From the NCBI GenBank assembly GCA_964383765.1, contig CAYLHT010000001.1, positions 36,998 through 100,997 of the forward strand: a stretch of DNA of 64,000 nucleotides, given 5' to 3'. A program made the translations under genes and the position numbers. Below the pieces are notes generated by a model that ran no database searches, was not told where the DNA came from, and was given only the letters and a program-made list of their open reading frames with translations. This stretch comes from an uncultured Gammaproteobacteria bacterium (GTDB taxonomy: Bacteria > Patescibacteriota > Patescibacteriia > SBBC01 > CAIJZX01). Positions 31,285-40,236 of this stretch are shown here, piece by piece. Position 1 is the stretch's first letter, and the number at the start of each line of letters is the position of its first letter.

Positions 31285-32502
31285 ATGGACCAAACTACGA
31301 CTACAACGCCTGCTTCCCAAATGGAGCAGTTATTGCAATTGCCGAATCAACCGACCATGCCGGGGGTGGGCGATATTATCCAAGGTAAAGTTTTGAGCGT
31401 TTCGAATAACGAAGTGCTGCTCGATATAGACGGTATCACCACCGGCATTATCCGCGGTAAAGAACTGATTGATGAGTCCGGCGAAACCGCTGAGTTGGAA
31501 GTTGGCGACACGGCCAACGCCACGGTCCTCGAACTGGAGAACGAAAACGGTTTGATGGAACTTTCGTTCCGTTCGGCCGGACACCAGAAAGCTTGGGATG
31601 AGCTGATGCGTTTGATGAACACCGGCGAGGTAATTGATGTTCCGGTCGTCGACGCCAACCGCGGCGGATTAATGGTCAAAGTCAATCGGATTGATGGATT
31701 CTTGCCGGTCTCCCAGCTCACCGCCGAGCACTATCCCCGCGTGGAAGGCGGCGATAAGTCGAGAATCTTGGAATTACTGCAAAAGTTCAGCGGCACGACC
31801 TTCCGAGTCAAAGTAATCGATGTCAATGAAGCCGATAGTAAATTAATTGTCTCGGAAAAAGCCGCACGGGCGAAAGAACAAGCTGCGATTGTAGCCGGGT
31901 ACAAAGCCGGCGATACGATTGAAGGGAAAGTTACCGGTGTAGTTGACTTCGGCGCCTTCGTTGAGTTCGGCGAACACTTGGAAGGCCTGATCCACATTTC
32001 CGAGTTGGCTTGGCAGCGCGTTGAGAATCCGCGCGACCTGGTGAAAGTCGGCGACACCGTCAAAGCGTTAATTATTGGTATCGACGGCACGAAGATTTCA
32101 CTGTCACTCAAACGGTTAACCGACGATCCATGGAAGAAAGCGGTGGAGCGTTATGCCGTTGATCAGGTCGTCCAGGGGAAAGTTTTGAAACTCAATCCGT
32201 TCGGCGCGTTCGTGGAACTCGATTCAGAGATTCACGGCCTCGCCCATATTTCTGAACTGTCGAAGAAGGCTGTCCACTCTCCGGCCGAAGTCTTGAAAGA
32301 AGGTGAGACCCGCGCGTTCAAAATTATTTCAATTGAACCGGATTCACATCGACTTGGTCTATCGGTTAAAGCGCTGGACGACGGCGCACCGACCACGGCC
32401 GAAGGTGAACGGGTGAGTGATCCAGCCTTGGCGGGGGTCAGTCTGGATGAGCCGACCACAGAAACTCCGCAAACTGCTGCGGCTGAGGTCAAACCAGAGT
32501 AA
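31285..32502 (+). CDS. rpsA: 30S ribosomal protein S1 (four S1 domains)
   Basis: Repeated GxV..V.DFGAFVEF/GLIHISEL S1 motifs; 405 aa. Confidence 0.85.
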   Translation: MDQTTTTTPASQMEQLLQLPNQPTMPGVGDIIQGKVLSVSNNEVLLDIDGITTGIIRGKELIDESGETAELEVGDTANATVLELENENGLMELSFRSAGHQKAWDELMRLMNTGEVIDVPVVDANRGGLMVKVNRIDGFLPVSQLTAEHYPRVEGGDKSRILELLQKFSGTTFRVKVIDVNEADSKLIVSEKAARAKEQAAIVAGYKAGDTIEGKVTGVVDFGAFVEFGEHLEGLIHISELAWQRVENPRDLVKVGDTVKALIIGIDGTKISLSLKRLTDDPWKKAVERYAVDQVVQGKVLKLNPFGAFVELDSEIHGLAHISELSKKAVHSPAEVLKEGETRAFKIISIEPDSHRLGLSVKALDDGAPTTAEGERVSDPALAGVSLDEPTTETPQTAAAEVKPE

Positions 32503-32554
32503 AATCAGTTTTAGAAAAGTCTGGGCCAAAGTCGCCCGGATTTTTCAACTAAGA

Positions 32555-32590
32555 AAAACGCCCGACCCGGAGGGGAATCCGAATCGGGCG
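32555..32590 (-). terminator. rho-independent terminator, copy 1 of a near-identical pair
   Basis: Minus strand reads CGCCCGATTCGGATTCCCCTCCGGGTCGGGCG followed by TTTTT, placed 11 nt after the stop of the 32605 gene. Confidence 0.7.
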
Positions 32591-32604
32591 GGCGCACTTC
32601 AACT

Positions 32605-33219
32605 TCAGTTTGATCTTCGACGGTAGATCAGCCACAGGATGATGGCGACCAGCAAGATCACCACGTACACCGGACACAGGACCATCAGCACCCAGTTCCG
32701 GATAGCGTAAGCGTAGACGACCCAGAACATGTTGCTGGCTTCGAAGAGTAGCAACAGGCGGATGTCGACAACCCCCGCATCACGTTTTCGCCAGATTTCC
32801 CAGGGCTGAAGCGTCAGGGCGGCCGCTGAGCCACAACTGTAGACGAAGTACCAGCGATCGTGGCCACCGGTCAGCACCATGCCGGCCAGGGAGGCCAACA
32901 ACAATGCGCCGAACCAGTACTCCCACGCCCGGTAGCCTCCAAACTTCCACAGACCGATGGCGATGATCCCGAAGCCAAGACCGAGCACCAGCCCATTGAA
33001 GACCAGGGGCGGCTGTTTCGATGTCCAGCCATAGATCACCGCCGCAGTGCAGAGCGACGTCAGGAACAGCATCATGCCAACCGACATGGATGCTCCTGAC
33101 CGCTGACGCCAGATCTCGCGGATCTGGAATACCAGACCAATTCCCTCCACTACCGTGAAGACATTCACGCCCCAGACGCCAACAGTTTCCGGGGTCCAGT
33201 ACGAAAAGGCTGTATGCAC
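32605..33219 (-). CDS. small multi-TM membrane protein, cassette copy 1 (PQ-loop-like motif)
   Basis: Start set at GTG 33219, preceded by GGAGG (plus CCTCC 33226-33230). The longer ORF reaching 33336 would swallow its own promoter and leader. VFQIREIWRQRSGASMSVGMMLFLTSLCTAAVIYGW resembles a PQ-loop repeat. Confidence 0.5.
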   Translation of the reverse strand: MHTAFSYWTPETVGVWGVNVFTVVEGIGLVFQIREIWRQRSGASMSVGMMLFLTSLCTAAVIYGWTSKQPPLVFNGLVLGLGFGIIAIGLWKFGGYRAWEYWFGALLLASLAGMVLTGGHDRWYFVYSCGSAAALTLQPWEIWRKRDAGVVDIRLLLLFEASNMFWVVYAYAIRNWVLMVLCPVYVVILLVAIILWLIYRRRSN

Positions 33220-33326
33220 CTGGTGCCTCCGATGTGGAACCGTTGGATTGTCCAGGGACCGTGAGAGAATCCACTGAAGTATGGTCGAGCCGAAAACGCT
33301 CGACGTTTCGCAAAGGGCAACGAGCG

Positions 33327-33355
33327 AAATTAGCATAAATGTTAGCCGATGTCAA
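33327..33355 (-). promoter_or_regulatory. sigma70-type promoter of cassette copy 1
   Basis: Minus strand reads TTGACA, 17-nt spacer, TAATTT. Confidence 0.5.
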
Positions 33356-33372
33356 GACTGACACTCTGAAAT

Positions 33373-33410
33373 AAAAAACGCCCGACCCGGAGGTGAATCC
33401 GAATCGGGCG
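33373..33410 (-). terminator. rho-independent terminator, copy 2
   Basis: Same hairpin as 32555-32590 with one substitution (GGGG to GGTG in the loop), followed by TTTTTT on the minus strand. Confidence 0.7.
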
Positions 33411-33454
33411 AACAGATTGCTACTTCAGGGGGACACTGGCATTGACGTACGTCG

Positions 33455-34144
33455 TCAGTGTTGAAGTCTGTAGAAACTGCTCAGCGTGGCAAGTTCATCT
33501 CGCCAGCGGCCGTTTCCGTTCCGCCGATCGTAGTAGATCAGAATACCCAGCGTCGTTGCACTCATCACGGCTCCGCGCAGGGTGTTCACGATTCCATGAT
33601 GGCTGTGAGTCAGCAACGCAGCGATCAAACCGACTGCCGACGCCAAGAAGATCAGGCCCCAGTTACCAATCGAGTCGAAGGCGGCTCGACGTCTCAGGGC
33701 TTTTCCGATCGTGGCGAAGTAGGCCACCACCATCAGCACCTGAGTCGTCCAAAAGGTGACACCGGGTTGATTCCTGTGCAAGCCCCAATAGACGAGGGTC
33801 AAGGCCATGGTCGACAAGCAAGCCGACTGGACGCCATCGAACGCCACGCGCAGCTCCCCCGATCGTGCTTGAACGATCAGAATGCTGAACGTGATGATGG
33901 TGATTTCCAGCGCCGCCGCATACAACGCCGTGTTGGCCACCAGCTTTTCCGAAAAGCTCCGATCCGGAATCGCCTGGTAGGCGATCATCGACAGATTCAT
34001 CGCCAGGCAGGCAATGATCCACGTGGCCGGAGCAGGGTTAACGCGGCGGCGGATCACAAGTGGGCAGTACCAGCCCACCGTTGCCGCGAACAGCAGCAAA
34101 CTAAGCAGACTAGCAAAACTGGCCACGAGTCCTCCCGCTTTCAT
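33455..34144 (-). CDS. small multi-TM membrane protein, cassette copy 2
   Basis: ATG at 34144 (MKAGGLVAS...); 6 predicted TM helices; C-terminus LIYYDRRNG is similar to copy 1's LIYRRRSN. Confidence 0.5.
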   Translation of the reverse strand: MKAGGLVASFASLLSLLLFAATVGWYCPLVIRRRVNPAPATWIIACLAMNLSMIAYQAIPDRSFSEKLVANTALYAAALEITIITFSILIVQARSGELRVAFDGVQSACLSTMALTLVYWGLHRNQPGVTFWTTQVLMVVAYFATIGKALRRRAAFDSIGNWGLIFLASAVGLIAALLTHSHHGIVNTLRGAVMSATTLGILIYYDRRNGNGRWRDELATLSSFYRLQH

Positions 34145-34208
34145 AAGTGGGTCCACTGAAGTATGGTCGAGCTGAAAACGCTCGACGTTTCACAAAGGAC
34201 GACCGGCG

Positions 34209-34237
34209 AGACTACCACAAAATTCGGAAATTGTCAA
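34209..34237 (-). promoter_or_regulatory. sigma70-type promoter of cassette copy 2
   Basis: Minus strand reads TTGACA, 17-nt spacer, TAGTCT, followed by the conserved leader hairpin GTCGAGCgttttcaGCTCGAC. Confidence 0.5.
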
Positions 34238-34271
34238 TCCCTGGGTCGGCTATGTGCTATACTGTGGCCGC

Positions 34272-34970
34272 ATGTCTTTAATCAAACTGGACAATATTAC
34301 TAAAGTTTTCGACGTCGGCGACGACAAGTTCAAAGCGCTCGACGACGTTTCGTTATCTATTTCACCGGGCGAATTTGTCGCGATCATGGGACCGTCCGGC
34401 AGCGGCAAATCAACATTGATGAATGTGATTGGTTTGCTTGACCGTCCGACCGGTGGAACCTACAAACTGGATGGCAAGCCGGTGTCACTCACGATGTCCG
34501 ACCGGGCGCAAGCGAAACTGCGTTCAGAATTTATTGGTTTCGTTTTTCAAAACTTCAATTTATTGCCCAATCTCGATGTTCTCGCCAATGTGATGTTACC
34601 GTCGACGTATGCCCGCTCCTTCTCACCTAACCTCTCCTCCCAAGGGAGGAGAGGAGGGAAGCTGGGGCGCGCCGTCGAGATACTAAACAATGTCGGACTC
34701 GGTCACCGTTTGCACTACCACGTCACGAAGCTGTCCGGCGGCGAAAAACAGCGCGTCGCGATCGCCCGCGCTTTGATGAATAATCCAAAAGTGATTCTGG
34801 CCGATGAACCAACCGGCAACCTCGATTCAAAATCTGGCAAAGAAGTCATGACGTTGTTGATGGACTTGAATACGAAGGGCACAACCCTGATTGTCGTAAC
34901 GCACAGCGATGAATTAGCGGCACTTGCGAATCGGATCATCCGAATAATGGATGGGAGAATAGTTTCATGA
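34272..34970 (+). CDS. ABC transporter ATP-binding protein (MacB/LolD-type) containing an in-frame palindromic insertion
   Basis: Walker [10 protein letters not shown], signature [15 protein letters not shown], Walker B ILADEPT. The start is set at [13 protein letters not shown]. The [12 protein letters not shown] stretch is encoded by the palindrome at 34631-34654. Confidence 0.85.
   Translation: MSLIKLDNITKVFDVGDDKFKALDDVSLSISPGEFVAIMGPSGSGKSTLMNVIGLLDRPTGGTYKLDGKPVSLTMSDRAQAKLRSEFIGFVFQNFNLLPNLDVLANVMLPSTYARSFSPNLSSQGRRGGKLGRAVEILNNVGLGHRLHYHVTKLSGGEKQRVAIARALMNNPKVILADEPTGNLDSKSGKEVMTLLMDLNTKGTTLIVVTHSDELAALANRIIRIMDGRIVS
34631..34654. repeat. perfect palindrome CCTCTCCTCCC-aa-GGGAGGAGAGG (MITE-like element, copy A) inside the ABC ATPase gene
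   Basis: The 11-nt arms are exact reverse complements. The core CCTCCTCT/AGAGGAGG is shared with the elements at 42296-42356 and 59611-59682. Confidence 0.7.
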
Positions 34971-36193
34971 TTGGCCAAGCGTTTATCACCGCCCTACGTT
35001 CGATCTGGACCAAAAAAACCAGGTCAATCTTAACGATGCTCGGCGTGATTATCGGCGTCTCTCAAATTATCGCCTTGATCGGTCTTGGGCAGGGCGTTAA
35101 GAAATCAATTTCTGACCAGGTTACTCAACTTGGAACCAATGTCTTATTCGTTCTGCCGGGGAAACTCAAGGGCAACAATGGCAGTTTCAATCCTGCGGCC
35201 TCAGTCGGTGCGTCGACCTTGACCGACGATGACGTGAAGCTGCTCCGACAACAGCCGGAAATGAGGGCTATCGCTCCGACGTCATTATTGGCCGGTTTAG
35301 CCACTGCCGGTAAGACGATTGCTAATGGCGCCCTTCTGGTTGCAACTGAACCAGATTACTTTTCCATCATCACCACGGTCAAATTGACCGCTGGCCGCAC
35401 GTTCACGCTGAAAGAAAATACCGACAAATCCAGAGTCGTCGTGATTGGGAAAAGCGTCGCCATCCAATTGTTTCCGTTAGTCCCAGACAAGGATGTGATT
35501 GGGAAAAAGATGGACATTGGCAAGAATGAGTTCACGATCATCGGCCTGGTTGAAGATAAGGAATCGAATAGTCCGTTCGGACCGAATAACGAATTCAATT
35601 CAATGGTGATTATGCCGTATGTGACCGGCAAGGCCACCAATCCGAATGCCCAAATTTTCCGGGTGGTCATGAAAATTGATCCGAACGCCGATACCAAAGC
35701 GTTCGCTAAACGCATGACCAGTCTGCTGAAGAATCAACACGGGGTTGAAGATTTCACTGTCTTCACGCAAGATGACCTGCTCGGCGTCGTGAACAATATT
35801 CTCGGTTTGATCACGACCGCGATTGTCGGTCTGGCCTCGATCTCGTTGATTGTCGGCGGAATCGGGATCATGAATATCATGCTCGTCGCCGTGTCCGAAC
35901 GCACGAAGGAAATCGGCTTGCGCAAAGCTTTGGGTGCAACACGTGGGAATATTTTGTGGCAATTCTTGACAGAATCAGCAATCATCTCGCTGTTGGGTGG
36001 CGCGATTGGCGTGGCGGTTGTATCAATTGCCAGTATTATTGTGAAACGGAAAGCCAACCTGGATATTATTGTGAATCTTCATTCGATTTTGATTGCGACC
36101 GGGTTCTCACTTGGCGTTGGGCTGTTGTTTGGCTTGTTGCCAGCCTTCCGAGCAGCACGGAAGGATCCGATTGAGGCACTGAGATATGAATAA
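34967..36193 (+). CDS. ABC transporter permease (MacB-type, FtsX domain)
   Basis: N-terminal TM, large periplasmic domain, then C-terminal FtsX 3-TM bundle; 408 aa; 4-nt overlap with the ATPase gene. Confidence 0.85.
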   Translation: MIGQAFITALRSIWTKKTRSILTMLGVIIGVSQIIALIGLGQGVKKSISDQVTQLGTNVLFVLPGKLKGNNGSFNPAASVGASTLTDDDVKLLRQQPEMRAIAPTSLLAGLATAGKTIANGALLVATEPDYFSIITTVKLTAGRTFTLKENTDKSRVVVIGKSVAIQLFPLVPDKDVIGKKMDIGKNEFTIIGLVEDKESNSPFGPNNEFNSMVIMPYVTGKATNPNAQIFRVVMKIDPNADTKAFAKRMTSLLKNQHGVEDFTVFTQDDLLGVVNNILGLITTAIVGLASISLIVGGIGIMNIMLVAVSERTKEIGLRKALGATRGNILWQFLTESAIISLLGGAIGVAVVSIASIIVKRKANLDIIVNLHSILIATGFSLGVGLLFGLLPAFRAARKDPIEALRYE

Positions 36194-36851
36194 ACGCAAA
36201 ATCATTGAGCGTACGGCCACATACGTCCGAAAGGAACTGAGCGGTGAAGGCAGTGGACACGATTGGTGGCATGTGTACCGGGTTTGGAAAAATGCTCAGC
36301 ACATTGGCCGGGGAGAACGAGTCGATATGTTCGTGGTTGAAACTGCCGCCCTGCTCCACGACATCGCCGATTGGAAACTGCATGGCGGAGATGAAGACGT
36401 TGGTCCGAGTACCGCCGGTCGTTGGTTGCGCAAACAGAAAGTCGACGAGACTACCATTCGTCACGTGCAAACCATCATTCGCGGACTTTCATTCAAGGGA
36501 GCTAAAGCGAAGATCGCAAAACTTTCAATCGAAGGCCAAGTCGTGCAAGATGCTGACCGGTTAGATGCGATCGGCGCGATTGGCGTGGCTCGGGCCTTCG
36601 CCTATGGCGGTTTTCAAAAACGCCCGATGCATGATCCAGATGAAAAGCCCGTCCAGCATACATCATCTCAAGCCTACAAAAAAACCTATCAAAACAAGGG
36701 AGGTACCACGATTAATCATTTCTACGAAAAACTGCTTCTGCTCAAAGAACGGATGAATACTAAAACCGCGAAAAGAATCGCTCAGCGTCGCCACCTCTAT
36801 CTCAAGACATTCCTGAAAGAATTTTACTGGGAGTGGGACGGAAAAAAGTAG
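36186..36851 (+). CDS. HD-domain phosphohydrolase
   Basis: H..HD motif LLHDIADWK and downstream QDADRLDAIGAIGVAR. Confidence 0.75.
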   Translation: MNKRKIIERTATYVRKELSGEGSGHDWWHVYRVWKNAQHIGRGERVDMFVVETAALLHDIADWKLHGGDEDVGPSTAGRWLRKQKVDETTIRHVQTIIRGLSFKGAKAKIAKLSIEGQVVQDADRLDAIGAIGVARAFAYGGFQKRPMHDPDEKPVQHTSSQAYKKTYQNKGGTTINHFYEKLLLLKERMNTKTAKRIAQRRHLYLKTFLKEFYWEWDGKK

Positions 36852-36945
36852 TACATCAGATCAACCGGCGAGTACATATTTCTATACAAATAAAAAAGCC
36901 CCCGCCATTGGCGAGGGTAATTCACATGTTGCGTACAGAGCAGGC

Positions 36946-37500
36946 TCACTTGCAGTCCCAACGCTCCCAGACCATCCGGGCGGTGCCAGAGCTGTGCCAC
37001 TCGACCTGGTCTGGAATGGCGGCGGATGTTGCCACATTGCCAGCAGCGCTAGCCCCCCAGCGGATGAAGAAGTCATAGTGGTGCTCGGGTGACAGAGCCC
37101 AGAAGACGGCGACGTGTTCATAGGTGCCGTTCTGATTCGGCAGTGTCAGTTGGGTGTCGGAACCACTGTCCCACGTGGCCGGAGTCTTGATGCTGGTGGC
37201 CTGATCAACTGCCCAGACCGTGAACGGCGGCGGAACGTGATTGTCCGCCTGGGTGTAGACGATCGAAATCGGGAACGCCACGAAGATCGAGTCAGCCACC
37301 AGGCTGACATCACTTGCCAACCCGGCCTCCGACCCAGGCGACGGCAGGGAGAACTCAGAGGTCGTGGTGGTGTGCCACTCTACCATAGTCATGACGCAGG
37401 CCTGCGCGGCCGGCGGTGTCGGTTGGGTCGGTAGCGACTTGGAGTAGCTTCCGCACCCCATCAGACTGAAGATCAGAATGATTGCAACCACGTATCGCAT
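36946..37500 (-). CDS. putative lipoprotein
   Basis: Signal peptide with lipobox MRYVVAIILIFSLMGC, AGGAGG RBS before ATG 37500, GC-rich. Confidence 0.5.
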   Translation of the reverse strand: MRYVVAIILIFSLMGCGSYSKSLPTQPTPPAAQACVMTMVEWHTTTTSEFSLPSPGSEAGLASDVSLVADSIFVAFPISIVYTQADNHVPPPFTVWAVDQATSIKTPATWDSGSDTQLTLPNQNGTYEHVAVFWALSPEHHYDFFIRWGASAAGNVATSAAIPDQVEWHSSGTARMVWERWDCK

Positions 37501-37520
37501 CAGAACCTCCTGGCCAGAGT

Positions 37521-38579
37521 CTAGAAGCGTCGGCCGAGCAGGATCGTGAGTGATCCAGCCGGCAACCATTCGTTCTTGAATTGCGTGTCGCGATTACCAA
37601 AGCCAATCGCGGTCCGAGCCTCAAGGTCGAATGACCTCGAGGACACCCGGGCGACGACACCCACCTTCCCGAACACAGTGCGTTCGGTGTAGTGGTAGGT
37701 CGGGTCCAATCGCCAATCGCCTTCGGCGCCAAGCACCCATGACCATGGCTGCTTGACGCGTCCGAACTCGACTTCACCGGACCACACCTGATCATCGTTG
37801 TTCTTGGCGAACCGACGACCTTCATATCCGGTCAGGCTGGTGACGCGTCCGTTGACGACGTGGCTGAGTCGCACGCCGATGATCGGCATGTGGTAGTTGC
37901 TGCCGGTGGCGACGTGCCAACCGATGACCGGCTCGATCGTCCACATGGCCGGTCGGCTGATCACGTACGGCCGCTCGAATACCGGCGGCGGTTGAGGCAG
38001 CGGCGTGACCTGGGTGACAGGCGTGGCGACCGGTGCGGTGAAGACTTGATACACGCCGCGCCGGTCGTTGATGATGACCGTTGCCAGTACCGTTGAACGG
38101 TACCCAGTCTTGGCGTTGACCCAATTCGCACGGGCCAAACCCAAGCTGTAATTATTCAGTTGCGACAGGTTGCGCGTGTTGCGCTTCCCGTCGAACCGTT
38201 GCGGGTCGGTCGCCCCGATCAGATACCCGCCGGGGTGGAGACGCTGCAGCTGGTCGACCGCGATGTTGCGCGATGCACCCGGGGTGAACCCCGAGACGAA
38301 GATGACACCCGTGACGCGCTCACCGCGGTAGGCGAAGAGCGTGTCGAAGACGGCGTCGGACTGCGGCGTGCGGTCCGGTACCTCGGAACGTCCGGCGTCC
38401 CGCTTGATGGCGCTGTCGACATCCTTCGTATCTGAGTCCCGAGCCTTGTCTCGACCCGCACCGTTCATGATGGCATGGGTGGGACTGTTGAAGGTTGGTC
38501 TCAGATGAACGCTTGGCTGAGCCGAAACGATGCCTGGCAGCAGGAGGCACAGGCCCAACAATACGACTGCTGTTCGCAT
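37521..38579 (-). CDS. secreted beta-rich protein ending in a C-terminal Phe (outer-membrane-barrel-like)
   Basis: Signal peptide MRTAVVLLGLCLLLPGIVSA, alternating hydrophobic beta-strand pattern, C-terminus ...ILLGRRF; GC-rich. Confidence 0.45.
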   Translation of the reverse strand: MRTAVVLLGLCLLLPGIVSAQPSVHLRPTFNSPTHAIMNGAGRDKARDSDTKDVDSAIKRDAGRSEVPDRTPQSDAVFDTLFAYRGERVTGVIFVSGFTPGASRNIAVDQLQRLHPGGYLIGATDPQRFDGKRNTRNLSQLNNYSLGLARANWVNAKTGYRSTVLATVIINDRRGVYQVFTAPVATPVTQVTPLPQPPPVFERPYVISRPAMWTIEPVIGWHVATGSNYHMPIIGVRLSHVVNGRVTSLTGYEGRRFAKNNDDQVWSGEVEFGRVKQPWSWVLGAEGDWRLDPTYHYTERTVFGKVGVVARVSSRSFDLEARTAIGFGNRDTQFKNEWLPAGSLTILLGRRF

Positions 38580-38699
38580 CGGAACCTCACAGGTTGAGAG
38601 GTGATGTCAAAGAACCGGCTATCTGCCAGTCCTCCATTTGGCGCCGAGAGCCTATACAAAAATAGGGAAAAAGTCAAGTCCCCAAAACACGGCGAAATG

Positions 38700-39158
38700 T
38701 TATGCGGCGTTGACTTGGCTGGGATCAGCGACCGATTTTCTCCACGCCACGATTGCCGTTATCAGAATACCCACATAAAACGCTAAACCATACACGCAGG
38801 CCGGCAAAGCGGTCAGATCAATTTTGAGAAAAAATATTTCATAGATCGACAAGAAACCAGAAAACGCGGTGCCGGCCATACCGAGTAGAGTCAAAGTCAA
38901 TCCCAAACTTCGTCTCGCTGTCGAGGTCAGACCGACAATTGCCGTGATCGCAACTGCCAAGAACATCGTAAAACCGTAAATACAGGTCGGCTGGCCGAAA
39001 ATTTTTACGGCTTTCGGTCCACCGCAGGTGACCAGCCAGCTGAGCGGACCGACCGAACAGCCCGGACCGAAGTAATTCCAGTACGACAAGTACCCCGACA
39101 ATAATACGCCAAGCACGGCGAACCCGAGAATGATGGCGAAGTATTTCTTAGGGACCAT
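38700..39158 (-). CDS. VKOR-like membrane protein (degenerate; lacks the CXXC)
   Basis: 4 TM helices, loop Cys pair C-x10-C, but no CXXC; tandem with the VKOR gene. Confidence 0.4.
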   Translation of the reverse strand: MVPKKYFAIILGFAVLGVLLSGYLSYWNYFGPGCSVGPLSWLVTCGGPKAVKIFGQPTCIYGFTMFLAVAITAIVGLTSTARRSLGLTLTLLGMAGTAFSGFLSIYEIFFLKIDLTALPACVYGLAFYVGILITAIVAWRKSVADPSQVNAA

Positions 39159-39170
39159 AAAATCAGGTGC

Positions 39171-39611
39171 TTATGGCGCAAGTGGGCTAAGTGGTTGACG
39201 TCGAGGGCGAGCGGTCACAATGGACACGAACAACAATGTAGTGGTCGCGGCGGAGACTAAACAATACTGGCACCAAGCGTGGATGACCCAGCCTTGTAGG
39301 TACACCAAGACCGCGGTGAATGCCAATCCGAAACTGACGGTCACGGTCAACAAAGTCCACCAACGTGTTTTTCCCAATCTGATCAAGATCGCCATCCCAA
39401 CCATCGCTGCGTAGTAGAGTGCCCCGAGCAAGGCGACCGGAATCGGACCGATGGTTGCATACTTGCTCGTCAAAACAGTTTCACACCCATGAATCGTGCA
39501 GGGTGGAATCGCATTGACGTAGTGTTGCCAGGTTAAATACGACGCATCGACCAAGCCGATGGCGGCCAGGACTATGATGACAGTAATCCAGGTTTTATTT
39601 GTTGATGACAT
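39171..39611 (-). CDS. vitamin K epoxide reductase (VKOR) family thiol oxidoreductase
   Basis: Loop Cys pair PPCTIHGCE and active-site CQYC in the last TM helix (HAWCQYC). Confidence 0.7.
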   Translation of the reverse strand: MSSTNKTWITVIIVLAAIGLVDASYLTWQHYVNAIPPCTIHGCETVLTSKYATIGPIPVALLGALYYAAMVGMAILIRLGKTRWWTLLTVTVSFGLAFTAVLVYLQGWVIHAWCQYCLVSAATTTLLFVSIVTARPRRQPLSPLAP

Positions 39612-40236
39612 CGGTGATGAGTTGAGCGAAAGCGTCGTAACTTCCGGGACTAACGATTTGCTTGCCGTTGAGGAAGAACGTTGGCGTGCCGGGAATTCGA
39701 GCCGCTGTACCGGTGGTCACGTCACGCTCAATCCGATCTTTGACGGCCTGACTGTCCAGATCAGTGGTGAACTTCGCGACATCAAGTTTAAGCTCCTCAG
39801 CGTAACCGATCAAGACAGGCCGAACGTCGAGTGATTGTGACCAGGAGCTTTGACGACTGAAGAGCAGATCGTGAAAATCCCAAAATTTATTTTGCAGGTT
39901 AGCCGCTTCAGCGGCTTGGGCGGCGGTTTGGGCATACTGGTGCAACTGGCGCAGGGGATATTCCCGGTAGACGAGCGTCAACTTGGAGCCGAATTGTTTT
40001 TGGAGTTGCTCAACAATCGGTTCATATTGTCCGCAGGCCGGACATTGAAAATCACTATACTCAATCAAGACCGCCGGCGCGGTGAGTGGGCCGCTGGCGT
40101 GATCAGTCGCATCTGGTGCGGGCACGGTACTCGCACTTCCCCCACCGGCGGCGATGAACAACCAGACAATCAGACCCAGCCCGAGGATACCGCCACCCCA
40201 ACCCAACCATTGCTTTGTCATACGTCGCATAGTCAC
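39595..40236 (-). CDS. DsbA-family thiol:disulfide oxidoreductase (membrane-anchored)
   Basis: N-terminal TM anchor and thioredoxin fold with CPAC active site ([10 protein letters not shown]). Confidence 0.8.
   Translation of the reverse strand: MTMRRMTKQWLGWGGGILGLGLIVWLFIAAGGGSASTVPAPDATDHASGPLTAPAVLIEYSDFQCPACGQYEPIVEQLQKQFGSKLTLVYREYPLRQLHQYAQTAAQAAEAANLQNKFWDFHDLLFSRQSSWSQSLDVRPVLIGYAEELKLDVAKFTTDLDSQAVKDRIERDVTTGTAARIPGTPTFFLNGKQIVSPGSYDAFAQLITDVINK

Noticed and set aside
32605-33336. Long 243-aa version of cassette gene 1, and the overlapping 194-aa ORF at 32780-33364
   Set aside because: The long start would place the TTGACA-17-TAATTT promoter and the conserved leader hairpin inside the coding sequence. 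A GTG with GGAGG at 33219 corresponds to the start position in copy 2. The 194-aa ORF is in another frame and is Arg/Pro-rich.
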